Notes: generated by a model not told the origin, from the sequence alone. Positions 1-9,800 are shown, counted from the stretch's first letter. The stretch: 45,974 nucleotides of DNA from an uncultured Candidatus Saccharibacteria bacterium (GCA_964372325.1 CAYJQG010000004.1:1-45974), one strand, 5' to 3'. Numbers and translations are program-made.

Positions 1-41
1 AAACTATTCTGTTTTCGTGAGTACGATATCCGTTTGGGAAA
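1..41. repeat. Right end of palindromic element family F (cut by window edge)
   Basis: AAACTATTCTGTTTTCGTGAGTACGATATCCGTTTGGGAAA closely matches 30738-30777. Confidence 0.75.
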
Positions 42-165
42 CATATCCTTCGCAAAGCGGTCTCGCGGAAAGCAATGTCTCGACGCTACGCTCGCTTAGG
101 TGTAAGGGGTTACAAATCGCCGAGATTGCAAAGAAACATGCCCGCTGTTCAAACGAAATAAACTT

Positions 166-1515
166 ATGCTACAAAAAATACAATTCAAAATTCACGGCAT
201 GCACTGTACAAGCTGTGAAATCTTAATCGAACAACGATTAAAAAAAATCGACGGTGTACAAAACGTGCACATAAAACACCATAACGGTATTGCAACACTT
301 GAATGTTCCCGCATTCCTTCAATCGACGAACTACAAAAAGCAATAACACACGAAGATTACCGTATTACTGGACTCAAGGAAACGAACCCATTTGAATCAC
401 AACGACCAAAAAAAATTGTTGATTATATCGAGCTGGGGGCAATATTTACGATTGTCACAGCAATATACATAGTATTAAAACAACTAAATATTATTCCCGA
501 TGTTGGCATTACCGAGGGCATGGGGTATGGAATAGTATTTTTGATCGGACTTGTCGCCGCATTTTCGTCATGCCTTGCAGTAACTGGCGGACTACTCTTG
601 GGAATTACGGCGACGTACACAACAAAACATCCAAACCTTACAAGCGCGCAAAAATTTAAACCATCGCTTTACTTTAATATCGGCCGATTATTGTCATACA
701 CCGTGCTTGGTGGTGTAATAGGCGCAATTGGCTCTGCCATTGCGATATCCCCACGCATGAATAGCGCAATGATCATTTTCGCAAGTGGCGTCATGATACT
801 CTTAGGATTTCATTTATTACAGATCTTCCCACATTTCACGAAATTCCAACCTCGAATGCCAAAATTTATAGGGCGTTGGGTTATGAGCCTTGACCACCAT
901 AATAAGGGGGCAGCATTTATACTTGGCGGACTTACTTTTTTTCTTCCATGCGGATTCACGCAAGCATTGCAACTGTACGTACTCAGCCAAGCGAGCGCAA
1001 CACAAGGAGCCCTAACCATGCTGGTATTTGCACTTGGAACATTACCCACGTTACTCGTAGTAGGTTTTGTAACAAGCACAGTAAAAGGCGAGTGGTATAA
1101 ATACTTTATAAAATTTGCGGGTGTAACAACAGTGTTCTTGGGGATCACCACAATGAACAGCGGGCTAGCCTTAAGTGGAGTCGGAATAACCGACGTCCCA
1201 AATACAACGACGAATAGCACAGCGACTGTCGAAATAAAAAATAATGTGCAAATAGTGAATATGAAGGTAGTAGGATTAAATTACACCCCTTCCCAATTTT
1301 TAGTAAAAAAAGGAATTCCGGTTGAATGGCACATCGATGGGAGACTTGCACGAGGTTGCGCGAGGTTAATGATGGCCCAAAAAGTTGGGGTTCAAGCGTT
1401 GCTTCAAAACGATGCAGAAACAGTAGTGCGTTTCACGCCGGAAACAATAGGGACTATTCCATTTAGCTGCCCTATGGGCATGACCACCCGCGGAGCAAAA
1501 TTCGTTGTACAATAA
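166..1515 (+). CDS. HMA domain + DsbD_2/TauE-like membrane domain + cupredoxin-like domain protein (copper homeostasis)
   Basis: N-terminal GMHCTSC metal motif, multi-TM core with SSCLAVTGG and [10 protein letters not shown]-terminal FSCPMGM; directly upstream of copA. Confidence 0.85.
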   Translation: MLQKIQFKIHGMHCTSCEILIEQRLKKIDGVQNVHIKHHNGIATLECSRIPSIDELQKAITHEDYRITGLKETNPFESQRPKKIVDYIELGAIFTIVTAIYIVLKQLNIIPDVGITEGMGYGIVFLIGLVAAFSSCLAVTGGLLLGITATYTTKHPNLTSAQKFKPSLYFNIGRLLSYTVLGGVIGAIGSAIAISPRMNSAMIIFASGVMILLGFHLLQIFPHFTKFQPRMPKFIGRWVMSLDHHNKGAAFILGGLTFFLPCGFTQALQLYVLSQASATQGALTMLVFALGTLPTLLVVGFVTSTVKGEWYKYFIKFAGVTTVFLGITTMNSGLALSGVGITDVPNTTTNSTATVEIKNNVQIVNMKVVGLNYTPSQFLVKKGIPVEWHIDGRLARGCARLMMAQKVGVQALLQNDAETVVRFTPETIGTIPFSCPMGMTTRGAKFVVQ

Positions 1516-1532
1516 ATAGTAAAGACAACACT

Positions 1533-3695
1533 ATGAAAAAAATAACATTTCGTATTACGGGTATGCACTGCGCATCGTGCGCAGTACGTAACGAAGAAAA
1601 TCTCAAAAAACTCGGTGGAGTAACAACCGTTGGGGTAAATTTTGCCACGAGCACTGCAACCGTTGAATTCGACGAACAAAAAATAACCGAAAAATACATT
1701 CACGAAGACATACAAAGGAATGGGTACGGAGTTGAGGCGGATATGCAAATGCATACGCATCAAAAAACCTCGGAAATTGAGCAGCGAAAAGCGTTACACA
1801 AAGCGATAGTCGCACTTACGCTGGCATTAGGAGCGGCAATACCCGCTATGGGAAACATCACATTTGGCAAAATGTTTTTCGATATCGATATAAGCGTATG
1901 GGTACAAGCGATACTCGGGAGCATAGTAATTTTGGGGTCTGGGATTGAATTCCACAAAGGCATGCTGCGGCAGGCACGCCAACTACACTCAAACATGGAC
2001 ACATTAATTTCGCTAGGTACGCTTGCGGCATTGGTCTATAGTATATTGGCACTCGCAACAGGGAAAAAAGAACTCTACTTCGAAACTGGCGCCATTATTG
2101 CCGCGTTAATTCTTCTTGGGCGATACTTCGAAGCACGTACGCGAGGAGAAGCCAGTCGTGCCATTGAACAACTCATGAAGCTCGGCGCAAAAATTGCGCA
2201 TAAATTAAGCACGAACGGAGACAGTAACGCATACGAGGATATCGGAATTGAAACCGTACAAAAAAACGACACATTACTCGTAAAGCCTGGAGAAAAAATA
2301 CCAGTGGATGGTAAAGTGTTACGTGGGGACTCAAGTGTTGACGAATCGATGCTCACCGGCGAAAGTATGCCAGTTTCTAAAACAATTGGAGATGCACTAT
2401 TCGGTGCAACCATCAATATTAATGGAGCGCTGGTAATGAAGGCCGAAAAAATAGGAGACGAAACCATATTGGCGCAAATCGTAAAAATGGTAAGCGAAGC
2501 ACAAACAAAAAAAGCGCCGATCCAAAAACTTGCCGACCGCATCGCAAGTATCTTCGTGCCAATAGTGCTCGCGATAAGTGCCGTAACCGTGATGGGGTGG
2601 TATATCAGAACGGGGCAAATTGCTGCAGGTATTATCCCCGCGGTTGCAGTGCTTGTTATTGCCTGCCCATGTTCCCTGGGACTTGCAACACCAACGGCAA
2701 TCATGGTCGGCACCGGTCGAGGAGCACGTGAAGGAATACTGATAAAAAATGGCGAAGCGCTTGAACGCGGGAAAAGAATCGATATGGTGATATTCGATAA
2801 AACCGGCACATTAACCGAAGGAAAGCCGAAAGTAACGGACGTCATCGGAAATACGAACGAATTATTAAATCTTGCAGCGTCGCTTGAAAAAAATTCCGAA
2901 CACCCACTTGCAACGGCTATTGTAAAACACGCAGAAGAATTAGGCGTAAAACTGAGCACCGTACATGGGTTTGAAAATACATCGGGGAGAGGTATAACGG
3001 GGAAGGTGGGCGAACATCTCATTCGCGTAGGAAATATAAAATTCATGAATCTCGCCGGGATCAACGAAAAACCATTTGCATATGACATTACACGCCTGGA
3101 GTCTGAAGCAAAAACAGTTGTTGCGGTGTCTAAAGGACAAACCATGGTCGGCCTTATTGCAATTGCCGACACGTTAAAAGCCGATGCACGAGAAGCAATA
3201 CACGAATTACGGAAAGACGGAGTAGAGGTTGCGATGATTACGGGAGACAACACAAAGACCGCAGAAAGTATCGCGAAGCAAGTCGGCATCCAGCGAGTAT
3301 TTGCGGAAGTATTACCGCAAGATAAAGCGACACAAGTAAAAACATTGCAAGGAAAAGGTTTAAAAATCGCATTTGTCGGTGATGGGATAAACGATGCGCC
3401 AGCACTCACGCAGGCAGATCTGGGAATTGCGATGGGTACAGGCACCGACATCGCAATCGAATCGGGAAATATTGTGCTCATGAAGGGCAGCCCAACAAAA
3501 GTTGTGGAAGCGTTACGACTGTCAAAAAAAACATTTCGTACAATCCAGCAAAATCTTTTCTGGGCATTTTTCTACAACGTCGCGGCAATCCCAATGGCGG
3601 TTGCGGGCCTCTTAAACCCCATGATCGCCGCTGGAGCAATGGCCTTCTCCTCAATTTCCGTTGTCTTAAACGCGCTTCGATTACGAAAAAAATAA
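1533..3695 (+). CDS. copA: Cu(I)-translocating P1B-type ATPase
   Basis: [32 protein letters not shown] and MAFSS motifs. Confidence 0.95.
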   Translation: MKKITFRITGMHCASCAVRNEENLKKLGGVTTVGVNFATSTATVEFDEQKITEKYIHEDIQRNGYGVEADMQMHTHQKTSEIEQRKALHKAIVALTLALGAAIPAMGNITFGKMFFDIDISVWVQAILGSIVILGSGIEFHKGMLRQARQLHSNMDTLISLGTLAALVYSILALATGKKELYFETGAIIAALILLGRYFEARTRGEASRAIEQLMKLGAKIAHKLSTNGDSNAYEDIGIETVQKNDTLLVKPGEKIPVDGKVLRGDSSVDESMLTGESMPVSKTIGDALFGATININGALVMKAEKIGDETILAQIVKMVSEAQTKKAPIQKLADRIASIFVPIVLAISAVTVMGWYIRTGQIAAGIIPAVAVLVIACPCSLGLATPTAIMVGTGRGAREGILIKNGEALERGKRIDMVIFDKTGTLTEGKPKVTDVIGNTNELLNLAASLEKNSEHPLATAIVKHAEELGVKLSTVHGFENTSGRGITGKVGEHLIRVGNIKFMNLAGINEKPFAYDITRLESEAKTVVAVSKGQTMVGLIAIADTLKADAREAIHELRKDGVEVAMITGDNTKTAESIAKQVGIQRVFAEVLPQDKATQVKTLQGKGLKIAFVGDGINDAPALTQADLGIAMGTGTDIAIESGNIVLMKGSPTKVVEALRLSKKTFRTIQQNLFWAFFYNVAAIPMAVAGLLNPMIAAGAMAFSSISVVLNALRLRKK

Positions 3696-3720
3696 TACAA
3701 TAAAATGGTACAATAATATA

Positions 3721-4176
3721 ATGGTTCATTGGTTCGCAAATATAGACGCACTCATCATCGAGTGGTTACAACGCTGGGGAATCGCCGTACTTCGCATAAT
3801 GCTCGGCGTCGTGTTTCTATGGTTTGGGATATTAAAGCTCTATGGCGCAAGCGCGGTAACCGACATCGTCGCAACAACATACAATTTTCTTCCCAACGAA
3901 ACATTTATGGGAATATTGGGAATTCTCGGAATCGCGACAGGGGTAGGATTATTATTTAAAATATGGCTACGATTTACGCTCTTCCTGCTATGGTTCCAAA
4001 TGCTCGGCACACTGGTAGCGCCAATATTAAAACCAGAACTTTTCTTTCGTTTCGGAAATATATTTTTCCTCACCCTCGATGGAGAGTTTGTATTGAAAAA
4101 CCTCGTTTTACTTGCCTCCGGACTCGCAATCGGAGGGAGTCTCATGAAACCGCTAAAACACAAGAAGAATAATTAG
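3721..4176 (+). CDS. DoxX/YkgB-like membrane protein
   Basis: LRIMLGVVFLWFGILK and GEFVLKNLVLL segments, four TM helices. Confidence 0.75.
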   Translation: MVHWFANIDALIIEWLQRWGIAVLRIMLGVVFLWFGILKLYGASAVTDIVATTYNFLPNETFMGILGILGIATGVGLLFKIWLRFTLFLLWFQMLGTLVAPILKPELFFRFGNIFFLTLDGEFVLKNLVLLASGLAIGGSLMKPLKHKKNN

Positions 4177-4215
4177 TTATTTACTAATGAGATATAATAC
4201 GGTATACATATATAC

Positions 4216-4293
4216 ATGAACAAGAAACAAAAACTTGCGAAAAGGAAACATCGCAAAGCCGCAGGGAGAAAAGTACGCACAGCCAATCGTTAA
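4216..4293 (+). CDS. Putative 25-aa basic peptide MNKKQKLAKRKHRKAAGRKVRTANR
   Basis: Manual translation; TATAAT ~20 nt upstream; ends 8 nt before next CDS. Confidence 0.45.
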   Translation: MNKKQKLAKRKHRKAAGRKVRTANR

Positions 4294-4301
4294 TACACGA
4301 T

Positions 4302-5468
4302 ATGGCAAACAGCCAATACAGCTGGAGGAAAGACCAGTATAAAAGTATTGTTCCACCATTATATTTAGGATCAGCGTATGGATTCGAGTCTGCAGAAGAG
4401 GGGGCGGCAATTTTTAGTGGTACAAAAAAGGGCTATGCGTATACGCGTCTGGGGAATCCTACCGTTACTGCATTCGAAGAATGGCTAACTGTTGCGGAGC
4501 ATGGCGAAAAAACATTCGCCACAAACACCGGACTCTCCGCGCTACTACTCGGAGTATTAACACTCACAAAAAAGAAAAAGCAGGTTGTCACGTCACCGTA
4601 TATTTATGGTGGGTCTTATCATTTAAGCCATCTACTCAATAGTTGGGGTGGAGCGCGCATAACGTTCGTGGAAAATGCCTTCAATAACAAAGCGTGGGAG
4701 AACGCAATAACAAAAGAGACGGCATTTGTATTTCTCGAAAGCCCATCAAATCCAAGCGTCGATATATTCGACATAAAGGCTATCGCAGATATTGCGCACA
4801 AAAAGGGGACAGTGCTGATCGTCGATAACACCATCGCAACACCAGCGCTACAAAAACCGCTGGAGTTAGGTGCCGACGCAGTGCTCCACTCAGTGACAAA
4901 GTATTTAACACGTCAGTCAACGGGGCTAGGGGGAGCACTTGTAGGAAGTAAAAAATTTGTCACACAATATGGCGATGAATTGTATGATTGGTTTATTCAT
5001 GGAGGATTTGTCATGCATCCACTCTCCGCATGGTTTGCGTTACAAAACAGTTATACATTAATAAACGATATGAAAACATTTTCGAAAAACGCACTTGCTG
5101 TTGCAAACATACTTACAAAAAATAAAGGGGTGGGGAATGTACACTATCCGCATCTTCACGGAAACCGAAATTATAAACTCGCCCGTCACCAAATGCAAAA
5201 TGGCGGTTCGGGATTACTCGCGTTTGAATTAGAAAACTTTTCCGCAGCGAAAAAATTTGTAAACGCATTGCGCCATGTAATTATTGCTCCGCACCTAGGG
5301 GATGTACGTAGCCTTATTATTCATCCTGCGTCCACAACGCATAATCGTTTATCAAAAGAAGAACGTGCCAAAGTGCATATTAGCGACGGCCTCGTGCGAT
5401 GCTCGGTGGGGCTTGGAGAAATACAAGAAACAATTGCCGACATAGAACAGGCTCTGCGCGTGTTATAA
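4302..5468 (+). CDS. Cys/Met metabolism PLP-dependent enzyme (O-acylhomoserine sulfhydrylase / methionine gamma-lyase family)
   Basis: YTRLGNPT, ESPSNP, VDNT, HSVTKY (PLP lysine), HPASTTH, RCSVG. Confidence 0.9.
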   Translation: MANSQYSWRKDQYKSIVPPLYLGSAYGFESAEEGAAIFSGTKKGYAYTRLGNPTVTAFEEWLTVAEHGEKTFATNTGLSALLLGVLTLTKKKKQVVTSPYIYGGSYHLSHLLNSWGGARITFVENAFNNKAWENAITKETAFVFLESPSNPSVDIFDIKAIADIAHKKGTVLIVDNTIATPALQKPLELGADAVLHSVTKYLTRQSTGLGGALVGSKKFVTQYGDELYDWFIHGGFVMHPLSAWFALQNSYTLINDMKTFSKNALAVANILTKNKGVGNVHYPHLHGNRNYKLARHQMQNGGSGLLAFELENFSAAKKFVNALRHVIIAPHLGDVRSLIIHPASTTHNRLSKEERAKVHISDGLVRCSVGLGEIQETIADIEQALRVL

Positions 5469-5496
5469 TAAAAACAGAAAAGCCGAGGGGTAAAAC

Positions 5497-5691
5497 ATGA
5501 ATATGTACAAATATCTTCATATCGTTTCGGGAATATTCACGGTAATCGCGGCACTACACCTACTGCGAATTATTCTAGACTGGGAAGCGATAATCGGCGG
5601 TTGGACGATACCAATATGGTTCAGCTACATTGCGGTAGTGGTTGCAGGATATCTCGCAATGCTCGGGTGCAAGTACGGCTGCAAGAAATAA
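5497..5691 (+). CDS. Small two-TM hypothetical membrane protein
   Basis: GAGGGG RBS, TATAAT upstream, two hydrophobic helices, followed by a hairpin. Confidence 0.75.
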   Translation: MNMYKYLHIVSGIFTVIAALHLLRIILDWEAIIGGWTIPIWFSYIAVVVAGYLAMLGCKYGCKK

Positions 5692-5741
5692 CCCCGGTAA
5701 CAACCGGGGTCATCCTGAGTTTCGCGAAGGATCTTATCGAA

Positions 5742-5769
5742 AAAATCCGTCTATATTAAGACGGATTTT
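5742..5769. terminator. Bidirectional terminator-like hairpin
   Basis: AAAATCCGTCT-ATATTA-AGACGGATTTT between convergent small ORFs. Confidence 0.6.
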
Positions 5770-5771
5770 GG

Positions 5772-5894
5772 CTACGAACTACCATCCATGCCATAAATAA
5801 CAAAAACTGCTACAACAATCATAACTGCCAATGCGCAGAAAATAACAAGAAAAAGAGCGGTACCCAAGAAATGCGGCCAGTCGATGCATGCCAT
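5772..5894 (-). CDS. Putative 40-aa single-TM peptide
   Basis: Manual translation MACIDWPHFLGTALFLVIFCALAVMIVVAVFVIYGMDGSS; ends at the hairpin. Confidence 0.35.
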   Translation of the reverse strand: MACIDWPHFLGTALFLVIFCALAVMIVVAVFVIYGMDGSS

Positions 5895-5982
5895 AGCATA
5901 CCCACGAGAACGAACTATGTAAAGTATACGAGATAATTGCCCGCTAAGGCAATCGCTGATATACTTTTCAGCAGCGTAAAAA

Positions 5983-6147
5983 TAGACTTGGCTCCACGGA
6001 TAAGCTTTTGACCAATTTTTCTTGAATTTTGAGCGAGACGAAGTGAAAAAATGGAAAGCTATTCACAGAATCTGTTGAGATTTTTTCACGAAGTCGTAGC
6101 CAAAATTCAAGAAAAAGAGGCGAAATGTTATCCGGGAGCCAAGTCTA
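5983..6147. repeat. Palindromic element family A, copy 1
   Basis: TAGACTTGGCTCC...GGAGCCAAGTCTA termini; near-identical to 22964-23125. Confidence 0.9.
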
Positions 6148-6164
6148 ATATATAAATTTTAATC

Positions 6165-7343
6165 ATGATCGAATTTAACATTCTTAAAAAATCAAAGAAG
6201 AGTTGGGCTAGAGTTGGAATACTTAAAACTCCACACGGCGAAATTGAGACGCCTTGCTTAGTGCCGGTCGCAACGCAGGCAGTAGTAAAAACACTCTCAA
6301 TTGAAGAGGTACATCAAACAAATACCCAACTCTTAATCGCGAACACCTTCCATCTCCACCTAAAACCCGGGGAGGATGTTGTGAAAAAAGCTGGGGGGCT
6401 ACATCAATTCATGCAGTGGAAAAACCCGATAATGACCGACTCGGGGGGGTTCCAAGTATTTAGCTTAGGCTTCGGCCACGACCTACAAATTGGGAAACTA
6501 TTAAAATATTTTCCTGAAAAAAATAACCATCGCAACAACAGCAATATTTGGAAGTCGGACTTCCAAATATTGCGGGGGATGCAACCAAAAAAAATCCGAA
6601 TCACAAATGATGGCGTACATTTTCAAAGTCCTTTAGACGGACATAAAATTTTTATTGGTCCAAGGGAATCAATACACATTCAAGAATCGTTGGGGGCAGA
6701 CATCATTTTCGCATTCGATGAATGCACACCGCCGCTTGCGACCCGAGAATACATTGAGATGTCGCTCGAACGCACCCATCGTTGGGCGACGATATGTAAA
6801 AAAACACAAAAAAGTAAGCAAGCGCTGTTCGGAATTGTACAAGGTTCACATTTTAAAGATTTACGCGAAAAAAGCGCGGCATATATTAACGCATTAGATT
6901 TTCCGGGATATGGTATCGGAGGAGATTTGGGAACCGATAAAAAGACAATGGCACAGATCCTCAAATGGACGGTCCCGAATCTTGACGCAAAAAAACCAAA
7001 ACATCTTTTGGGTATTGGATATCTCGAAGACATGGAAATGGTTATAAGGCACGGCATTGATCTCTTTGACTGTACAGTGCCAACGCATTATGCACGTCGC
7101 GGTATTGCATTCACAAGTGCGGGCAAACTCAATCTTGGGAAATCATTATTTCTAGGAGAACACAAAAAACTCGACAAAACATGCGCCTGCACAACATGCA
7201 GCACCTACACGCGTGCATATATTTGCCACCTCTTACGCGCAAAAGAAATAACAGGAATGAAACTGTTAACCTTTCATAACCTGTACTTCTTTAACAACGC
7301 AGTTACTAAACTCCGCACCGCGATAAAGAGAGAGGAGCTATAA
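6165..7343 (+). CDS. tgt: tRNA-guanine(34) transglycosylase
   Basis: ANTFHL, TDSGGFQVFSL, FDEC, GIVQG, DLFDC, CxCxxC...H zinc site. Confidence 0.95.
   Translation: MIEFNILKKSKKSWARVGILKTPHGEIETPCLVPVATQAVVKTLSIEEVHQTNTQLLIANTFHLHLKPGEDVVKKAGGLHQFMQWKNPIMTDSGGFQVFSLGFGHDLQIGKLLKYFPEKNNHRNNSNIWKSDFQILRGMQPKKIRITNDGVHFQSPLDGHKIFIGPRESIHIQESLGADIIFAFDECTPPLATREYIEMSLERTHRWATICKKTQKSKQALFGIVQGSHFKDLREKSAAYINALDFPGYGIGGDLGTDKKTMAQILKWTVPNLDAKKPKHLLGIGYLEDMEMVIRHGIDLFDCTVPTHYARRGIAFTSAGKLNLGKSLFLGEHKKLDKTCACTTCSTYTRAYICHLLRAKEITGMKLLTFHNLYFFNNAVTKLRTAIKREEL
6541..6573. repeat. 33-bp palindrome inside tgt
   Basis: GCAATATTTGGAAGTC-G-GACTTCCAAATATTGC; 29-bp core identical to 8728-8756. Confidence 0.9.
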
Positions 7344-7355
7344 CGTTCTTATCAA

Positions 7356-7514
7356 TAAAAATCCGAATAAGTCCGAGACAGACTAAAAGCCAAGCCTGCC
7401 TACCCGCCGTAGGAGGGCCGTTTATAATTATCTTAAAACTGGTAAAGCGGTCTGTAGAGAGCTTATTCGGATTTTTACCGAAATCGCTTAACTGACGATC
7501 GTCAGTTAAGCGAT
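7356..7514. repeat. Intergenic palindrome cluster
   Basis: 16-bp inverted repeat 7356-7371/7462-7477 and a perfect 32-bp palindrome 7483-7514. Confidence 0.8.
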
Positions 7515-7582
7515 AACTTGTATAAAAATAACATATCAAGTAATATCATACTACCCTGATAGACTTGGCAGAAAGGCGTGGC

Positions 7583-8545
7583 ATGAGCAAAGAGAATCTC
7601 GTTCGCACATCAACAAAGCCAATTGTTGAAAATGCACAATTCGTAACAATTAATCGAAAACAAATCGAAAGACTGGCAAGCGAATGGAAGGCAAAAGACG
7701 CGAAACCTCCGAAGTGGCCAAAAGAAGCGCACCTTGAAACAGACAACGTTGAACAAATGCTAACGTATCTTATTACACTTGATACGCTCAATTTCTGCTT
7801 CTGGCATTCAGAACCCGAAAAACGTTGGGGAATTATGTACGAAGGGAAGCGCTATAACGGATACTATGCATTGGCGCTAGCACTTAAGAAATTTTTTATT
7901 GATACACCACGCAAAGCCACATTCCAATGGATGCGCAGTATGAAATTTGAAGATTTTAAAGCAATGCTCGGGGGAACGGGTGAACTATTACTACTCAAGG
8001 AGCGTTGGAATACATTAAGAGAAGCAAGCGTTGCGATAGAGGCCAACTGCAATCCGCTAGCGCAAATATTCAATTGGGATGGTGATGCAATAAAAACAGC
8101 AGTCTGCATTGCCTCAATAAATTCATTTAATGACGTAGAATGGCTAAATAACAAATGTATTTGGTTTCTCAAACGCGCGCAGTTACTGATATCTGATATC
8201 TATGGAGCATTTGGCGGTAGAGGTCCCGGAGCATTCAAGAACATGGAAGAGCTCACCGCATTCGCGGATTATAAACTACCACAGCTGTTAGAACACGAAG
8301 GAATATTAGTGTATGACGCAGCGCTGCGCGAGCGCATCAGGCGCCAGAAACTCATCTTCCCAAGCTCACGGGAAGAAATCGAGATTCGCGCTGCAGCCAT
8401 TTGGGCAGTAGAATATCTCCGCGACGCACTCACGCGCCTTGGTAAAAACTTCCGTGCATTTGAAATCGATTGGATGTTGTGGAACGAAAGCCAAACAACA
8501 AACATGTCCCTCCCATACCATCGCTGTGAAACAATATATTATTAA
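7583..8545 (+). CDS. Queuosine salvage protein, DUF2419/Qng1 (queuosine nucleotide N-glycosylase) family
   Basis: DTLNFCFW, FLKRAQLLISD, LTAFADYKLPQLL, EIEIRAA, IDWMLW, PYHRCETIYY; next to tgt; ATG 7583 preferred to TTG 7565. Confidence 0.9.
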   Translation: MSKENLVRTSTKPIVENAQFVTINRKQIERLASEWKAKDAKPPKWPKEAHLETDNVEQMLTYLITLDTLNFCFWHSEPEKRWGIMYEGKRYNGYYALALALKKFFIDTPRKATFQWMRSMKFEDFKAMLGGTGELLLLKERWNTLREASVAIEANCNPLAQIFNWDGDAIKTAVCIASINSFNDVEWLNNKCIWFLKRAQLLISDIYGAFGGRGPGAFKNMEELTAFADYKLPQLLEHEGILVYDAALRERIRRQKLIFPSSREEIEIRAAAIWAVEYLRDALTRLGKNFRAFEIDWMLWNESQTTNMSLPYHRCETIYY

Positions 8546-8550
8546 CATAA

Positions 8551-8578
8551 AACCCCGTCACTGTGACGGGGAATTTTT
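8551..8578 (+). terminator. Intrinsic terminator
   Basis: CCCCGTCAC-T-GTGACGGGG followed by AATTTTT. Confidence 0.65.
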
Positions 8579-8685
8579 AATGAAAGAGATATGAAATCTA
8601 ACTTCCTCTACAAAATTCTTTAGGCATCTTAAAACAGAAACTCTGAGCCGCAGCGAAGCAATCTGACGTTCCTGTGATTAAAATT

Positions 8686-8812
8686 GTCATTACGAGAAGG
8701 TTCGCAAACCGACGAAGCAATCTTAAGAATATTTGGAAGTCGGACTTCCAAATATTCTTAAGATTGCTTCCCGCCACGCTCTCGCTCGCGGCTAAAGGCG
8801 CTCGCAATGACA
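8686..8812. repeat. GTCATT(G/A)CGAG...CTCGCAATGAC type palindromic element with nested GGAAGTCGGACTTCC palindrome
   Basis: Termini TGTCATTACGAG / CTCGCAATGACA; perfect 57-bp inner palindrome 8714-8770. Confidence 0.85.
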
Positions 8813-8880
8813 ATGATACATCTAATGCTTACCACTCAGTTTTGTGAGCAGATACATTGGTTAGATTACGGGGGATTAAA

Positions 8881-9120
8881 TATAGCCAACCCGTTATTTC
8901 ATAGCCAACCTGCGAAACCCTGCCTGCCGGCAGGCAGGGATAGCGACAAATAACTGAAGCGAGGAGGAAGGTAGTAGAAAAATTGAGATGTTTGAACCCG
9001 CAAAAAATTTTTAATAACAATTGGCGGGTGAGTCCTCAATTTTTCGTCAACTACCAACGACGAGCGAAGCTTATTTGTCTATCGCGGAGTGGTTAGCGAG
9101 AAATAACGGGTTGGCTTATA
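8881..9120. repeat. Palindromic element family C, copy 1
   Basis: Terminal IR AGCCAACCCGTTATTTC/GAAATAACGGGTTGGCT; core shared with 10193-10384; nested CCCTGCCTGCCGGCAGGCAGGG. Confidence 0.85.
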
Positions 9121-9193
9121 TAACAATCTTGCTGGATGGCAAATACAAAAAATCCATGATATGGTATCTATAGCATTTTATAAGAGCAAAACG

Positions 9194-9634
9194 ATGAGTG
9201 CTCGCCCAAGCTGGGACGAATACTTCCTGAATATTACTGAACAAATTGCGACAAGGAGTACTTGCGACCGAGCGCACGTGGGGGCAGTAATAACAAAAGA
9301 AAATCGTATATTGGCATGTGGGTACAATGGTTCGCCAAAAAGTGCTCCGCACTGCGACGATGTAGGGCATGAAATGGTAAACAACCACTGCGTACGTACC
9401 GTACATGCCGAGATTAATGCAATTATCGATGCAGGGCTAAAAGGTGTATCGATTGTAGGAGCAACACTGTATTGCAGCATTTCACCATGCTACGATTGCG
9501 CAAAGGCGCTAGTGAACGCACAAATTAAACGAGTCGTCTACAAAAAATTCTACGAAGGCCGTTATGGTGCATCAACAAAGGCAACAGAACTCTTACGTGA
9601 CGCAAGTATTACCGTTGATCATATTAAAGAATAG
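9194..9634 (+). CDS. dCMP deaminase / ComEB family zinc deaminase
   Basis: RPSWDEYF, RSTC, GYNG, HAEINA, SPCYDC. Confidence 0.92.
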   Translation: MSARPSWDEYFLNITEQIATRSTCDRAHVGAVITKENRILACGYNGSPKSAPHCDDVGHEMVNNHCVRTVHAEINAIIDAGLKGVSIVGATLYCSISPCYDCAKALVNAQIKRVVYKKFYEGRYGASTKATELLRDASITVDHIKE

Positions 9635-9645
9635 TAGTTCAAGCA

Positions 9646-9670
9646 GAGCGGCGAAACGCCGCTCATTTTT
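9646..9670 (+). terminator. Intrinsic terminator
   Basis: GAGCGGC-GAAAC-GCCGCTC-ATTTTT. Confidence 0.75.
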
Positions 9671-9681
9671 AACATTACAAG

Positions 9682-9800
9682 GCTACGAAATACGAATTAT
9701 TCGCTACGAAATACGAAAATGATACGAATATACGAAAAATATTTGTTCGGTTAGCTGTATTTATCTTTCGTATATTCGTAATGATTTCGTATTTCGTAGC
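9682..9800. repeat. TACGAA-unit palindromic element, gene-less copy
   Basis: GCTACGAAATACGAA...TACGAATATACGAA left arm; TTCGTATATTCGTA...TTCGTATTTCGTAGC right arm. Confidence 0.9.

Noticed and set aside
2075..3481. 468-aa minus-strand ORF and the many other antisense ORFs over conserved genes
   Set aside because: Shadows of well-supported + strand genes (copA, groEL, typA, tuf, r-proteins) with no recognisable motifs
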